Origin: Mobula hypostoma
Lineage: Eukaryota
DNA: 64,000 bases
Reading direction: 5' to 3'
Assembly: GCF_963921235.1 (NCBI RefSeq)
Contig: NC_086097.1
Coordinates: forward strand, 229,960,001 to 230,024,000
The notes beneath the pieces were generated by a model. The model saw nothing but the letters and a program-made list of their open reading frames with translations. It was not told the DNA's origin and did no database searches. Position 1 is the stretch's first letter, and each line of letters starts with the position of its first letter. This document shows, in pieces, positions 63,750 to 64,000 of the stretch. The position numbers and the translations under genes are program-made.

Positions 63750-64000
63750 AGGATGGAGCAGTAAAACTTATGATATTAAAAATATATCCAGAGATGACAC
63801 ACCGTGAAGAAGGGAGTGCAAGATTTAAAAAGTCATTTATAGCAAACCCAGACCAGGGCTGAATTAAGTCCTTCTCAATACAAGGAGAAGGCTAATGAAG
63901 AAGGCTACATCACTCACCTTATGCCCTTTTCTCACTGTTACCATCAGTAGGAGATACAGAAGCCTGAAGGCGCACACTCAGCGATTCAGGAACAGCTTCT
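63750..64000 (+). mobile_element. Rex1/Babar-like LINE 3' fragment, truncated by the window edge
   Basis: ttctcactgttaccatcagtaggagatacagaagcctgaaggcgcacactcagcgattcaggaacagcttct. Confidence 0.7.

Overview
Eukaryotic (vertebrate) genomic DNA. The repeat families (CR1/HER1-like LINEs, Rex1/Babar-like LINEs, V-SINEs, Penelope-like elements) point to a cartilaginous fish, probably a ray; this is an inference. The only protein-coding gene I can support is PAG1 (Cbp, Csk-binding transmembrane adaptor) on the minus strand. It has five coding exons (42828-42680, 34500-34467, 31066-30976, 29747-29248, 11687-11343), all GT-AG and phase-consistent, giving 372 aa. A probable long 3' UTR runs to about 3.8 kb. 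The promoter and first exons are probably beyond the right edge. Almost all other ORFs in the track are transposon debris. The most interesting non-genic signals are: (1) a Penelope-like (RT + GIY-YIG) family inserted six times with inverted termini, mostly with 13-15 bp TSDs, carrying minimal hammerhead-ribozyme motifs, and collapsing into ~200-240 bp palindromic mini-elements, one of which forms a 90-bp near-perfect hairpin in the putative PAG1 3' UTR; (2) a tRNA-SINE head found with two unrelated tails, one copy having an inverted copy of its own 3' end at its 5' side and sharing a target site with a Penelope-like element; (3) PAG1 oddities: an apparent loss of the C-terminal PDZ-binding motif, no detectable 60-nt exon, and a uORF whose stop overlaps the start codon. 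All analysis was by eye, with no database search, and repeat boundaries without TSDs or TIRs are approximate.
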